Assembly: GCA_023380635.1 (NCBI GenBank)
Contig: JAMCRP010000001.1
Location: forward strand, 247,911-311,910
Direction of reading: 5' to 3'
Length of the DNA stretch: 64,000 bases
Source of the DNA: Patescibacteria group bacterium
Lineage (GTDB): Bacteria; Patescibacteriota; Microgenomatia; JAMCZE01
Both the position numbers and the translations under genes were made by a program. This document shows positions 29,261-38,578 of this stretch, piece by piece. Position 1 is the stretch's first letter, and each line of letters begins with the position of its first letter. A model generated the notes under the pieces. That model did no database searches and was not told where the DNA came from. It was given only the letters and a program-made list of their open reading frames with translations.

Positions 29261-30566
29261 GAGCTTTTAACCGAAAGTCTACCCGCTCCATATCGCGGGG
29301 AAAAAGCGAAGCTTCCCGAATGTTTGGTAGATCCAGAATCTTCATTGTCGTTCGCTCCAAACCGTAGGAAAAGCCCCCATGCGGCGGCATTCCATATTTA
29401 AAAGCCTGAAGGTACATCTCAAAATTGGCCGGATTCATTCCCCGCTCCTTAATTATTTCCACTAATTGGTCATAGTCGTGAACCCGCTGGGCCCCACTGC
29501 TAATTTCCAGGCCTTTATAAAGCAAGTCATAGCTCAAACTGTATTCTGGATCTTTAGGATCCGGCAGAGAATAAAACGCCCGTTTCTTGGTTGGGAAATG
29601 AGTGATTATTACTATATCGCTATCATGTTTTTCCAGTGCCCAAGCGCCTATCTCTTTCTCATCCTCCGGCATTAAATCCTTTTCTTTTCGATGATCAACG
29701 CCGGTTCGCTCGAAGATAACTTGCTGAGCTTCCCGCAGGGTCAGGCGGGGAATCTTGCTATAAACTTTGCTGGGCGCCACACCAAGATATTTCAGTGACG
29801 GCGCCGCAGTTTCCTGAGCATAAGCCACCGTTCCGGCAAATGTCTTGCCCAGAAGATCAACAAGCTCATCGAACTCGGCAAAGGCGATTTCGCAATCCAG
29901 TTGAACTGATTCCACCAAGTGTCTGGTGGTGATTGATGGTTCAGCACGGTAGATGTGAGAAATCAAATATACCCGCTCGAAGACTCCGGCCATGATTTGC
30001 TTGTAAAGCTGGGGGCTCTGAACCATAAAAGCCTCGTGTCCAAAATAATCAAACCGAAAGACTTCTGAACCGCCTTCAGTTGATGAGGCAGAAACTGTCG
30101 GCACAAAAACTTCCGTACAACCAAATTCTTTAGCGGTTTTTCGAAAACCTTCGGCCACGGCTTCCTGAACCTTAAATATTGCCCTAATCCTTTCGTGGCG
30201 AAGAGTTAAGGCACGGTGATCAAGCAGCGTCGGCAGTTCCAGATCGAGTTCCGGCTTACCCATGTCAAAAGGATAAGTTTCTGATTTCGCCAGAACTTTG
30301 ATTTCTTTGGCCTCCAGTTCCACCTTTCCGGTTTCCAGTTTCGTATTTACCAGTTTTTCCGGCCTGGCCTTGACCAGTCCAGTTATCTCCACCGCGTCGC
30401 CCACTCCGGCTTCGCAGGAAGTACAAACTACCTGAAGAGTAGCACTCCTGTCCCAGACATCAAGAAATATAATCTTTCCGTGATCGCGGCGCACGCTGAC
30501 CCAACCGTCAATTAACACGGTCTTTCCAACCTGCCCGACAGTATCTTTTATAAGAGTCCGTTCCAT
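29238..30566 (-). CDS. aspS: Aspartate--tRNA ligase, archaeal/eukaryote-like short type (probably non-discriminating)
   Basis: QSPQLYKQ, YRAE, EISSGAQR, GMPPHGGF, LFPRD. 442 aa with no GAD insertion. Confidence 0.9.
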   Translation of the reverse strand: MERTLIKDTVGQVGKTVLIDGWVSVRRDHGKIIFLDVWDRSATLQVVCTSCEAGVGDAVEITGLVKARPEKLVNTKLETGKVELEAKEIKVLAKSETYPFDMGKPELDLELPTLLDHRALTLRHERIRAIFKVQEAVAEGFRKTAKEFGCTEVFVPTVSASSTEGGSEVFRFDYFGHEAFMVQSPQLYKQIMAGVFERVYLISHIYRAEPSITTRHLVESVQLDCEIAFAEFDELVDLLGKTFAGTVAYAQETAAPSLKYLGVAPSKVYSKIPRLTLREAQQVIFERTGVDHRKEKDLMPEDEKEIGAWALEKHDSDIVIITHFPTKKRAFYSLPDPKDPEYSLSYDLLYKGLEISSGAQRVHDYDQLVEIIKERGMNPANFEMYLQAFKYGMPPHGGFSYGLERTTMKILDLPNIREASLFPRDMERVDFRLKAHEKKTGK

Positions 30567-30594
30567 ACTGATAGTTTAGCTGGCCCGTTGGGTC

Positions 30595-30773
30595 TTGACA
30601 AGTAGTCATTAGTTTTTCTAAAATTCAGGGGTCATGCAAAAGAATTATCGCTTTACCTCTCTTATTATTGCCGTCCGGCTTTGGACGGAGAAATAAGGTG
30701 AGAGGCCGATAATTAAAAGCAAAAAAAATAAATTAAATAACGCAGCCTCTCACTAAAAAGAGAGGCATTTTTT
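30595..30773 (+). promoter_or_regulatory. Promoter and leader-peptide transcription attenuator
   Basis: TTGACA 30595, TAAAAT 30619, 20-codon uORF at 30634-30696, alternative 1:2, 2:3 and 3:4 pairings, terminator 30745-30773. Confidence 0.7.
30634..30696 (+). CDS. Putative leader peptide MQKNYRFTSLIIAVRLWTEK
   Basis: ATG 9 nt after the -10 box; TAA lies just before the antiterminator arm. Confidence 0.5.
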   Translation: MQKNYRFTSLIIAVRLWTEK

Positions 30774-31163
30774 ATGCCGATGTTTAAAAAAATACCCGAA
30801 GTTGATAAGTTCGAAGTTAGTTTGAGATTTCAAGGAATTAGGGAATGCCAAGAAGAGCTTGAACGGCTTAAGGAGAAAACTGATGCGGCCTCTCTAGCGC
30901 GTTGCCGCAAAATAAGAGTTCGCCTGGCTGGACTTCACCAGGCAGTTAAGAACCTCTTAGGACAGAAGGGGGGTGAAAAAATGGAAATCCTGAAATTATC
31001 TAAAAACGATGCTACGAGATTAAGCGAAGCGACAGATACCGTCTTAAGAACGGCCGATGAAGATGATCCGAGATTTTTCCCTGAACCCTACATGGAACTA
31101 CGCGAAATGGCTAAAATGGCAAACGCTTCTCCTAGGAAAAGGGTGACACCCGAAGATCTTTAA
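30774..31163 (+). CDS. Hypothetical charged helical protein, possibly with a second in-frame start at 30981
   Basis: 129-aa ORF directly after the attenuator. Internal GGGGGGTGA SD precedes ATG 30981. Confidence 0.5.
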   Translation: MPMFKKIPEVDKFEVSLRFQGIRECQEELERLKEKTDAASLARCRKIRVRLAGLHQAVKNLLGQKGGEKMEILKLSKNDATRLSEATDTVLRTADEDDPRFFPEPYMELREMAKMANASPRKRVTPEDL

Positions 31164-32736
31164 CTTTGAGCTGAAGTTTATGATTGAAATTAAAAGTATC
31201 CAGGGAAATTGAGTAGGCGATCCGAATTGAATCGCCTACTTTTAGTTTGGGCAGCCAGCCTCCCATATTGAAAGCGATGGCATCAAGACCGCTGACAACC
31301 AATTTCAGGTGTTTCCCATCCTGACCAACCGTCCGGATATTTTCCACCGCCACTGTACTGGCAAAAACCGGTTCCGGATTGCCCAAGCCAAACGGCGCCA
31401 TTTTAGTTATCTCCTGATAAAGTTCCATGGTTACTTGGTCCAGTGGCAATTCCATATCCACCCGCAGATTTCTTTCCAGCAGATCATCGGTTATTTGTTT
31501 TCTAGCGTATTCACTAATCGCAATCTTGAACTCCTCTATCCTTGCGGTTTCAATCGAGAATCCAGCCGCCATCGGATGACCACCGGCATTAATCAGAAGT
31601 TTATCGCAAGCTCTTATCGCTTCGATAATATTAAAGCCGGCAATAGATCTGGCCGAAGCCTTACTCACCCCATCAGCTTTGGCAATAACAATTGCCGGCA
31701 GATAGTATTCCTCTACCAGTTTGCCGGCAACCAGACCGATGACACCCTGGTGGTACGATTCATGATCGATTACCAATATCCTGTCCTCGTCCCGCTTAAC
31801 ACTTAATGCCTTCAGTTTGGCATGGTCGCTCATATCCGCCGTCATTGTTTGCCGATCTTTATTGGTATCATTTAAAATTTTTGCTAACTCCCGGGCTTTA
31901 CTCGAATCGTTGGTACAAAGCAGTCGCAAGGCGGTTAAGGCGCTTTCAATCCTTCCGGAGGCATTTAGCCTCGGACCGACGATATAACCGATTTCATAGG
32001 TTCCGATGCTGTTTATCCCCGCCACATCAAACAACGCCCGTAGTCCGACTCGCGGTGTTCTCTGCAGGGCCTCCAGACCAAATTTGACGATCGACCGATT
32101 GATTCCAACCAGAGGCAATAGATCAGTGATCGTGGCAATCGCCGCCAGTTCCAGAAGATTATCTTCAAGTCCCATTGCCCGGGCCATAAAATAGGCAACG
32201 CCCGCCGCGCAAAGTTTTGGCGTGTGAATAATGGCGTAAGCTTTTGGCAGCTTTTTGGGTTTTTCGTGATGATCAAGAATAATGACATCAATTTTTTTCT
32301 TTGCGGCGTAGTCCACGGCCTTATGGGCCACAATACCGCTGTCGACAGCGATAATTAATTTTGTTCCAGCATGTTTTTTATCGGCCAGAATGGTATCGAT
32401 ACCGTCAACTGACAAACCATAACCTTCTTTTTCCCGCGACGGGATAAAAGGCAAAACTTTTGCCCCTAATTTGTTCAGGGCTTCCCACATAATCGCCGTG
32501 GCGCAAATACCGTCAGCGTCATAATCACCGTAGACCACAATCGGCTCCTTTTTCTTTACTGCCCGGCGAATTCTTGTGACCGCTTTCCTCGAATCTAATT
32601 TAAAGTCCGGAAATGGCGGGTTTAAAAATTCTTCCCGATCTTTTTTGGAAGAAATTCCTCTGTTTTCCAAAAGACTGTCAACAATTTTTAACTTTTTACT
32701 TTGAACATTTGACTTGGCTAAAATGTTCCACTTCAT
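31132..32736 (-). CDS. recJ: Single-stranded DNA exonuclease RecJ
   Basis: GDYDADG, DHH, GPRLNASGR, GGHPMAAG, APFGLGNPEP. Confidence 0.95.
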   Translation of the reverse strand: MKWNILAKSNVQSKKLKIVDSLLENRGISSKKDREEFLNPPFPDFKLDSRKAVTRIRRAVKKKEPIVVYGDYDADGICATAIMWEALNKLGAKVLPFIPSREKEGYGLSVDGIDTILADKKHAGTKLIIAVDSGIVAHKAVDYAAKKKIDVIILDHHEKPKKLPKAYAIIHTPKLCAAGVAYFMARAMGLEDNLLELAAIATITDLLPLVGINRSIVKFGLEALQRTPRVGLRALFDVAGINSIGTYEIGYIVGPRLNASGRIESALTALRLLCTNDSSKARELAKILNDTNKDRQTMTADMSDHAKLKALSVKRDEDRILVIDHESYHQGVIGLVAGKLVEEYYLPAIVIAKADGVSKASARSIAGFNIIEAIRACDKLLINAGGHPMAAGFSIETARIEEFKIAISEYARKQITDDLLERNLRVDMELPLDQVTMELYQEITKMAPFGLGNPEPVFASTVAVENIRTVGQDGKHLKLVVSGLDAIAFNMGGWLPKLKVGDSIRIAYSISLDTFNFNHKLQLKVKDLRVSPFS

Positions 32737-32752
32737 GCTAGAATCATATCAT

Positions 32753-34078
32753 ATGATCGAGCTTCCGGATCAAGTTCAGGAATTCATTAACACCGTCGAA
32801 AAAGCCGGTTTTGAGGCTTATGCTGTCGGCGGTTCCGTCCGGGATACTCTCTTAGGTAGACCGACAAAACAGTGGGACTTTACGACAAACGCCATGCCGG
32901 GTGAAATCCAAAAGATTTTCCCGGATAGCTTTTATAACAACAAATACGGCACTGTCGGAGTAAAAGTTGACGGAGATATTTATGAAATCACGACTTTTCG
33001 CAAAGAAGGAAAATATTCCGATATCCGCCACCCTGACGAAATTTCCTGGGCCAAAACTCTTGAGGAAGATTTAGCCAGAAGAGAGTTAACCATCTCGGCC
33101 ATAGCCACCGACGGCAAGAAAATAATTGACCCTTATCGCGGCCGGGAAGATTTGCAAAAGAAAGTTGTCAAATCCGTCGGCAACCCGAACGATCGCTTTA
33201 AAGAGGACGCTTTGCGCATGATCCGGGCAATTCGTATTGCCACCCAATTGGGTTTTAACATTGAGGAAAAAACCTTTGCCGCTATCAAGGAAAACGCCGG
33301 GCTCATTACTACTGTCAGCGGCGAAAGGATTCGCGAAGAACTGATAAAAATTTTATCATCCGACTACCCGGCCGACGGTGTCCAACTTTTATATAACGCC
33401 GGGTTACTGGACTATATTTTGCCGGAACTAACCAAGGGTGTGGGCATGAGACAACCCGGTCACCACATCAGTGATGTCTTTACTCATAGTCTTGACGCTC
33501 TGCGGTTTACTAAGAATCCCGACTGGCTGGTGCGGTTTGCGACTCTAATTCATGACATCGGCAAACCGGCTACCTATAAAGAATTAAACGAAAAGCCGAC
33601 TTTCTATAACCATGAAGTCGTGGGCGCCCACATTGCCAGAGATATTGCCAACCGGTTGCACTTTAGCAAAGAAGACAGAGAAAAACTGTATCTGCTGGTC
33701 CGGTGGCACATGTTCACTGTCAGTGAACTGCTCACTGACGCTGCTATCCGCCGGTTTATCAAAAGAGTTGGCCCGGAAAACACCAGCGATATGCTGGATT
33801 TACGTATTGGTGACAGATTAGGTTCCGGTTCCCGGGAAACTTCCTGGAGATTAGAGAAATTTAAAGAAAGAATTATTGAGGTTCAAAAACACACGCCATC
33901 GGTTAAAGATCTTAAGGTAAACGGCAAAGATGTTATGGAAGTCTTGCATATTAAACCCGGCCCTAAAGTCGGCCAGGTCTTAAACAAATTATTCGATGAA
34001 ATTACTGAAGACCCGTCAAAAAATAACCGGGAATATTTACTTTCGCGGATTCCTTCTTTGCTCCCAAAGGATAAGTAG
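32753..34078 (+). CDS. tRNA nucleotidyltransferase/poly(A) polymerase family protein with HD domain
   Basis: VGGSVRD, QWDFTT, EDLARRELT, RFKEDALR, HDIGKP. The first catalytic Asp appears as Gln (QWD instead of DxD). Confidence 0.88.
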   Translation: MIELPDQVQEFINTVEKAGFEAYAVGGSVRDTLLGRPTKQWDFTTNAMPGEIQKIFPDSFYNNKYGTVGVKVDGDIYEITTFRKEGKYSDIRHPDEISWAKTLEEDLARRELTISAIATDGKKIIDPYRGREDLQKKVVKSVGNPNDRFKEDALRMIRAIRIATQLGFNIEEKTFAAIKENAGLITTVSGERIREELIKILSSDYPADGVQLLYNAGLLDYILPELTKGVGMRQPGHHISDVFTHSLDALRFTKNPDWLVRFATLIHDIGKPATYKELNEKPTFYNHEVVGAHIARDIANRLHFSKEDREKLYLLVRWHMFTVSELLTDAAIRRFIKRVGPENTSDMLDLRIGDRLGSGSRETSWRLEKFKERIIEVQKHTPSVKDLKVNGKDVMEVLHIKPGPKVGQVLNKLFDEITEDPSKNNREYLLSRIPSLLPKDK

Positions 34079-34930
34079 TGGCGCGGCGTTGAAAATGCTG
34101 CTGTAAGTTCCGGAGAAAATACCGATTAGCAAGGCGATCACAAACCAGCGAATTGATTCTCCGCCGAAAAGGACCAGAGCGAGTAAGGTGAAAAGTACCG
34201 TCAGGGATGTGGTCATTGACCGGGCTAAAGTCTGCAACACCGACTCATTGACCACTTCTTCAAAATTAACCTTTCCGGCTGTTCTTCTCAAGTTTTCTCT
34301 AATTCTATCGAAGACAACAATTGTGTCGTGAACACTAAACCCTATTACTGTCAGTAATGCCGTTACAAAAAGGGCATCAATTTCCACATGGAAGAAATGA
34401 CCCAGGATTGAAAATATACCCGTGACCACCAACACATCATGCAAGAGGGCGACTACCGCGGAAACCCCAAATTTCCAGGGCGAATAGGGTTTGGGAATTT
34501 CCCGGAAAGCATAGGCAATATAAACAATTATTGCTAACGAGGCGACTCCGACTGATTGCATGGCTTTATTGGTTAATTCCTGACCAATTACAGGACCAAC
34601 TGTTTCGAAGCGGGAAATCGAAATCTGCGAACCAAGCTTAGAAGTTAAGTCTGCAAATAGTTTGTCTTTAGTAGCGTTATCGATAGCCTTTGTCCGAAAA
34701 ATGAAATCGCCACCTCCGGCTCTTTGGATCGAAAAAACTTCTACTTGATCTTTCGTGAAAATATCTTTTATTTGATTGCTGTCCGGCCAGCCAGTCACTT
34801 CCAAAAGTGATCCGCCGGTGAAATCAATCGATGGATTTAGTTTCCATTTAATTAAGGAAAAAAGACCCGGCAAAATTACCAGTGAAGAAATGGCAAAAAA
34901 TAACCATTTAAAGCGCATCAAGTTTGTCAT
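34037..34930 (-). CDS. secF: Protein translocase subunit SecF
   Basis: IDFTGGS, VGPVIG, HDV, DTIVVFDRIREN, GTYSSIF. Confidence 0.96.
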   Translation of the reverse strand: MTNLMRFKWLFFAISSLVILPGLFSLIKWKLNPSIDFTGGSLLEVTGWPDSNQIKDIFTKDQVEVFSIQRAGGGDFIFRTKAIDNATKDKLFADLTSKLGSQISISRFETVGPVIGQELTNKAMQSVGVASLAIIVYIAYAFREIPKPYSPWKFGVSAVVALLHDVLVVTGIFSILGHFFHVEIDALFVTALLTVIGFSVHDTIVVFDRIRENLRRTAGKVNFEEVVNESVLQTLARSMTTSLTVLFTLLALVLFGGESIRWFVIALLIGIFSGTYSSIFNAAPLLILWEQRRNPRK

Positions 34931-36240
34931 TTTTGAATAAACAATCTAAGTAATGTTCTGGTTACCGTTACAGCCGTAAATAACGAAACGGTGATGCCAA
35001 TGGCCAAAGTAACAGCAAAACCGCGAACGGCGCCAGTGCCAAACCAATACAGAATCGCACAGGTAATCAGTGATGACATATTAGAATCCCGAATGGACGG
35101 AAACGCCCGGGTGAAACCCAATTCCATGGCCGCCAGCCGGTTTCGCCCCCAGCGAATCTCTTCCTTCATTCTTTCAAAAATCAATATATTGGCATCCACC
35201 GCCATACCGATCGAGAGAATAAACCCGGCAATGCCAGCCAAGGTTAAAGTTACCGGAATTAGCTTAAAAATCGCCATGACGGTTAACGAATAAATTACCA
35301 GAGCCAGATCTGCGAACAGCCCCAACTTACCGTAGTTGGCGATCATGAACAAAGCGACGATTGATAACCCGACCAACCCGGCAATTAAGCTTTTATGGAT
35401 CGAATCCTGTCCCAGAGTTGCTCCAATTGACCTTTGCTCCACCACCCTGACGGGCGCCGGTAACGCTCCAGAATTAAGCTCGATGGCAATCTCCTTTGCC
35501 TGCTGGGCTGTGAACTGCCCGGTAATAACCGCCTGACCGTTAGGAATAACGCTTTGAACAGTCGGAGCTAGGAGAAGTTGGTTGTCCAGGAAAATCGCCA
35601 CCCGCTTGCCGATGTTCTCTTTGGTAATCTGCGCAAACTTTTGAGTTCCCTGATCATTAAAAGCCAGCTGAACATCCGGTTCCCCTGTTTGCTGATCAAA
35701 ACCAGGAGTAGCTTTTTGTAAATCCTTTCCGGTGAGGTTAGTTAGTACTTGGTACGGTCCATATATTTGGGCCGCTTCCGTGGCCACATTGGCCGAATCT
35801 GTTGCCGCTTCTTCCCGAAAAGTCAGTTCCGCGGTTTTGCCGATCAGATCCAGAGCTTGCTGAACATCAGTTACTCCGGCCAATTCCACTACAATCCGGT
35901 AGTCGTTATTTACTTTTGAAGTCTGAACGACTGGTTCGGAAATACCGTAAAGGTTCACCCGCCGTTCAATAATACTTTTTAAAGAATCCAGGGCCGTCTG
36001 CCGGTCGGAAGGATTAATGTTACTCATATCCGCCTGTAGTGTCAGCTGAGTTCCTCCGGCCAAATCCAGTCCTTCTTTTATTTCCAAATCCCGGGAAATT
36101 TGGTTACCGAGGATGTCAAAGTTAAAGTTCGGCCGGTTAAATTTCAGCCGCTGAAAGCTGACCGTTTTGGGCATGTCTACTAATATCGCCCCGACGGTCA
36201 ACAAAACTATGAAGAGAATTAAATATTTTGACGGTTTCAT
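34927..36240 (-). CDS. secD: Protein translocase subunit SecD
   Basis: GLDLAGG, RRVN..GISEP, SGALP, GMAVDANILIFER. Confidence 0.96.
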   Translation of the reverse strand: MKPSKYLILFIVLLTVGAILVDMPKTVSFQRLKFNRPNFNFDILGNQISRDLEIKEGLDLAGGTQLTLQADMSNINPSDRQTALDSLKSIIERRVNLYGISEPVVQTSKVNNDYRIVVELAGVTDVQQALDLIGKTAELTFREEAATDSANVATEAAQIYGPYQVLTNLTGKDLQKATPGFDQQTGEPDVQLAFNDQGTQKFAQITKENIGKRVAIFLDNQLLLAPTVQSVIPNGQAVITGQFTAQQAKEIAIELNSGALPAPVRVVEQRSIGATLGQDSIHKSLIAGLVGLSIVALFMIANYGKLGLFADLALVIYSLTVMAIFKLIPVTLTLAGIAGFILSIGMAVDANILIFERMKEEIRWGRNRLAAMELGFTRAFPSIRDSNMSSLITCAILYWFGTGAVRGFAVTLAIGITVSLFTAVTVTRTLLRLFIQK

Positions 36241-36275
36241 TCTGAAGTTACCGGGTAATAATTTGCCAGCGTATT

Positions 36276-36851
36276 CTACGATATTAGTTCTTCTTCGTCA
36301 CCCACGACCATAATCCGGGAACCATAGAGAATTCCCAGAATAAACGGGTCTTTTTTCTTCTTGCGGAAAACAAATTCTTCTTCCGTCATCGGCGTGAAGA
36401 AAATTTCCCGGCCCCGGCGCAGCTCTTCCTCGCGAACCAACGAGGCCACTTCGGCAACAACCACATTACCGACAATTAACAGATCGACCTCCTCGGCCGA
36501 CCCGGGAATATTTCTGGCAAATTTTCCGGAAAGCATGGCAAACTTCACCCGGCCCAGTTTATTTTTATTTTTAATAATGGCCGCTCCCAGTCCGGAAGTT
36601 TTAGTCACCAATTCCAGAAGGTCGTAGTACAGCGGATAGTCTTTGCGGAAAGTATAGTAAAGCCTGTTGGCCCGGTGTTCTTTAGACACCATTCCGGCTT
36701 TTTCCATATGGGCCAGTTCCCGCCGAACAGCATTAATTTCCTCTTTAGTTTTACGCACCAGTTCACGGACATGAATTATCTGACCCGGAGAAGACAAAAA
36801 AATTTCGAGAAGTTTAACCCTAACCCTGGAAATGATGAGATCATTAAGCAT
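36276..36851 (-). CDS. Winged-helix plus nucleotidyltransferase-like domain protein
   Basis: HVRELVR...INAVRREL (HTH) and VDLLIVG. Confidence 0.65.
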   Translation of the reverse strand: MLNDLIISRVRVKLLEIFLSSPGQIIHVRELVRKTKEEINAVRRELAHMEKAGMVSKEHRANRLYYTFRKDYPLYYDLLELVTKTSGLGAAIIKNKNKLGRVKFAMLSGKFARNIPGSAEEVDLLIVGNVVVAEVASLVREEELRRGREIFFTPMTEEEFVFRKKKKDPFILGILYGSRIMVVGDEEELIS

Positions 36852-36894
36852 AAAGCTTTATATCGGGCAGGGGTTTATGTAACTATACCACTTT

Positions 36895-38106
36895 TTAGCT
36901 AGTTGTCACCTGTTGGCCAAGCGGCAGAGTTTCAATCCATATCTGCCCGCGATTAAATTTTATTTCCCGTCCGGAATTATCAAAATACTTCGTCCTGTCT
37001 GTCCGACTCTTTTTGGACCAAGTTCCCTCAGTTACCTTTCCGTCAATTAAAAATTTTGCTTTCCCCGAACCTTTGGTACCATAGAGCATGTGCACTCCAT
37101 GACCTTCCTCGTTATAACCATCATCAGCAACAGTGAGAGATTCAAATTGTAAAACAACATCTTTAGCCAAAATTTGCTGATTGGTATCCATGTCCCGGTG
37201 CTCCGTACCGCCGTTAAAACGCAGGTATGAGTTGCTATCCCGGTCATATTTCCAAGCGACGGTATAGTCATTGGCGTAAGAAGTGTCTATGTTGGCCAGC
37301 GAAAAAGTTACGGTCGCCCCGCTGGCTGGCCGGTCCGATAAAGCGGCGTCGTCCTTAAAAGTCCAGGGCGTAAAGCTGGTATTCCAACTGGTAGTTTTCC
37401 CTGTCTGATCGTCAGTTTCCGTGTTAGTCAGCCCTCTTTTTGCTGCCGCGAAGTTCCACAGTTTACTCGTAGAGGCATAAACCGTGTGCTCAGTCGGAGT
37501 GTCCGGTCCCAGGCGGTCATAATCGCGCCAGAAAGTCGGAAAACCGATACTGAATTGGTTTAAGTCGTTATATCCTTCCCAACCGTAGCGACCGATTTGG
37601 CCCAGAGCATCCGCTGGACCCGGAGTGTTGGCTCCGCCGACATGGGCGTAAAGTGGAAAATCTCCATATTCCGAGATCCAATCAAGATAATAGGTCCGGG
37701 CGGAACGAACCGGCCCGACAATTTCCGAACTGTCACAATAAAAAACAGCCATAAAGCGGCTGATTCCTCCTTCAGCGTCCGCCTCATAAACAATATCTGC
37801 CGAAGAAAGGCCGGATTGCGGCCGGGCAGCTTTGGAATTTTCAATCATAATCCCCAGAGGCCGGCGCTGTTCCCATTCAGTTCTCTGTGGTTTAGGATAA
37901 AGCGTGCCGTTAAGCGGACAGGCTTCGGTCCGGGGCAAATTAGCATATTTTTTCTCCGGCACCTGGAATTTACCATTCTTGTCAGTAGTTGCAGTCGTTG
38001 TAGCGTCCGGAACTCCGGGGCGAAAATAGGAAAAAGCAGCGTAGGAACTACCTGCGCAGAGCAAATAAAGAGCCAGACCTAAAAATATAACTGTCGTCTT
38101 TTGCAT
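36895..38106 (-). CDS. DUF3048 (YerB-like) secreted protein
   Basis: RPLGIMIEN..ARPQSGL..ADIVYE..AEGGISRF, GPVRSAR, GQIWIE. Confidence 0.85.
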   Translation of the reverse strand: MQKTTVIFLGLALYLLCAGSSYAAFSYFRPGVPDATTTATTDKNGKFQVPEKKYANLPRTEACPLNGTLYPKPQRTEWEQRRPLGIMIENSKAARPQSGLSSADIVYEADAEGGISRFMAVFYCDSSEIVGPVRSARTYYLDWISEYGDFPLYAHVGGANTPGPADALGQIGRYGWEGYNDLNQFSIGFPTFWRDYDRLGPDTPTEHTVYASTSKLWNFAAAKRGLTNTETDDQTGKTTSWNTSFTPWTFKDDAALSDRPASGATVTFSLANIDTSYANDYTVAWKYDRDSNSYLRFNGGTEHRDMDTNQQILAKDVVLQFESLTVADDGYNEEGHGVHMLYGTKGSGKAKFLIDGKVTEGTWSKKSRTDRTKYFDNSGREIKFNRGQIWIETLPLGQQVTTS

Positions 38107-38176
38107 GATGAGTAATTTGCGTATTCATACTATACAAAGCTTGACCGGAGTTAGTCAATATGCTAAAACAAGCTGC

Positions 38177-38308
38177 ATGACTTCCGCGCCAAAAGATTAT
38201 TCTTATGTCGGTTCCGATATCAAACGCATTCTTTTTTTGACTCTGCTTGCAATTCTTTCGCAGCTTGTGCTATGGTATGTGCTAGGCAAAGGTTTAATAA
38301 AAATCTAG
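38177..38308 (+). CDS. Small single-TM protein
   Basis: MTSAPKDYSYVGSDIKRI followed by a TM. TTGACC-17-TAAAAC lies 7 nt upstream of the ATG. Confidence 0.55.
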   Translation: MTSAPKDYSYVGSDIKRILFLTLLAILSQLVLWYVLGKGLIKI

Positions 38309-38344
38309 CTTAAAGTAACTGCCTTAAAGGGGGTGAAGAACTAA

Positions 38345-38488
38345 ATGCAAGGATATTGTGTTAAATGCCGCGCCAAAGTCACTATTGCCAACGGTAAAGA
38401 TGTGACTTGGAAGAACGGCCGCAGAGCCCATGTCGGCAAATGCCCGACCTGTGGCACCACTGTCGCTCGGGTTATGGGAAAAGCCTAA
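38345..38488 (+). CDS. Small zinc-ribbon protein, DUF5679-like (47 aa, below the ORF-track cutoff)
   Basis: MQGYCVKCRAK...KNGRRAHVGKCPTCGT with two CxxC motifs; SD GGGGGTGA upstream. Confidence 0.85.
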   Translation: MQGYCVKCRAKVTIANGKDVTWKNGRRAHVGKCPTCGTTVARVMGKA

Positions 38489-38509
38489 ACTTTTTTGAAG
38501 ATTTACTTT

Positions 38510-38543
38510 AAAAAGAAGCTTTCGTAAGGAGGCTTCTTTTTTT
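38510..38543. terminator. Bidirectional intrinsic terminator
   Basis: AAAAAGAAGCTTT...GAGGCTTCTTTTTTT between convergent genes. A second hairpin lies at about 38548-38580. Confidence 0.8.
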
Positions 38544-38578
38544 AGGGAAGGTCTACCTGAAAGCGATTCAGATAGATC

